Source: Paracoccaceae bacterium
GTDB taxonomy: Bacteria; Pseudomonadota; Alphaproteobacteria; Rhodobacterales; Rhodobacteraceae
Length of the DNA: 37,318 nucleotides
Assembly (NCBI GenBank): GCA_023260935.1
Contig: JALQTL010000326.1
Location: 1-37,318 of the forward strand
Direction of reading: 5' to 3'
The notes below the pieces were generated by a model, which worked only from the letters and a program-made list of their open reading frames with translations, did no database searches and had not been told where the DNA came from. This document shows, in pieces, positions 37,074 to 37,318 of the stretch. The position numbers and the translations under genes were made by a program. Position 1 is the stretch's first letter, and each line of letters opens with the position of its first letter.

Positions 37074-37318
37074 GCGATCTCCTCCATTTCTACGGCTTCG
37101 ATTTCCTCCCGCTCGTCGTCCTCGTCGAGGTTGAGCATCGGCACGAGGTGCGCCCGTGCGGCCTTGTATTCGTCCAGGAATGCCCCTAGGGCGTCTTCCG
37201 CCCTTTTGGTGTAGTCATCTCTCTTGACCTCGATGGTGTGACTCTTCACGCCCGGAAAGTAGGAATGGAAAAACCAAGAATCGGCCCCGCTTTTGGCGAG
37301 TGAGAAATGAACCTGCCC
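37070..37318 (-). CDS. Lambda-exonuclease/YqaJ family protein, C-terminal part
   Basis: Not in the ORF track. Manual translation: GQVHFSLAKSGADSWFFHSYFPGVKSHTIEVKRDDYTKRAEDALGAFLDEYK...EEIA*, fitting the 'QV..S....GA..W.F.SY.P......V.RD' tail of this family. Confidence 0.7.
   Translation of the reverse strand, partial: GQVHFSLAKSGADSWFFHSYFPGVKSHTIEVKRDDYTKRAEDALGAFLDEYKAARAHLVPMLNLDEDDEREEIEAVEMEEIA

Noticed and set aside
1-37318. CRISPR arrays, tRNA/rRNA genes, IS transposases
   Set aside because: None recognised by eye; no regularly spaced long repeats or transposase motifs.

Overview
Positions 1 to ~34,300 are GC-rich accessory DNA of Rhodobacteraceae type, probably plasmid, chromid or island. 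They carry: (i) a DUF2946/CutF-like CxxC+RAPP leader gene upstream of a siderophore/B12-class ABC importer; (ii) a divergent sugar/polyol catabolic cluster (two SDRs, SorC/DeoR regulator, FGGY kinase, split transketolase, CUT2 ABC transporter) with three visible operator sites; (iii) flavin amine oxidase, ChrR-type cupin, diaminopropionate ammonia-lyase and ProC-like genes; (iv) an imelysin plus di-heme oxidoreductase pair behind an IscR/iron-box-like site; (v) a tyrosine recombinase; (vi) a Tat amidohydrolase with a beta-barrel partner; (vii) a flavin reductase/GntR divergon; (viii) a lipid A modification cluster (RgtE-like GT2, LAB_N protein, two ArnT-like GTs, LpxF-like phosphatase); (ix) an MFS gene and an arsenate operon (ArsR-ArsC fusion, GAPDH, ArsJ). 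Two clear gene remnants lie between modules. Near 34,300 the composition drops abruptly to gammaproteobacterial-like DNA (arsJ and a 5'-truncated mnmE). At ~36,375 it switches again to phage-like genes, so the right end is probably an assembly chimera. The best candidate for an undescribed system is the RAPP arrest-peptide leader: its RAPP codons can base-pair with the next ribosome-binding site, and it sits ahead of an ABC metal-chelate importer. All assignments come from motif recognition by eye; no searches were run.
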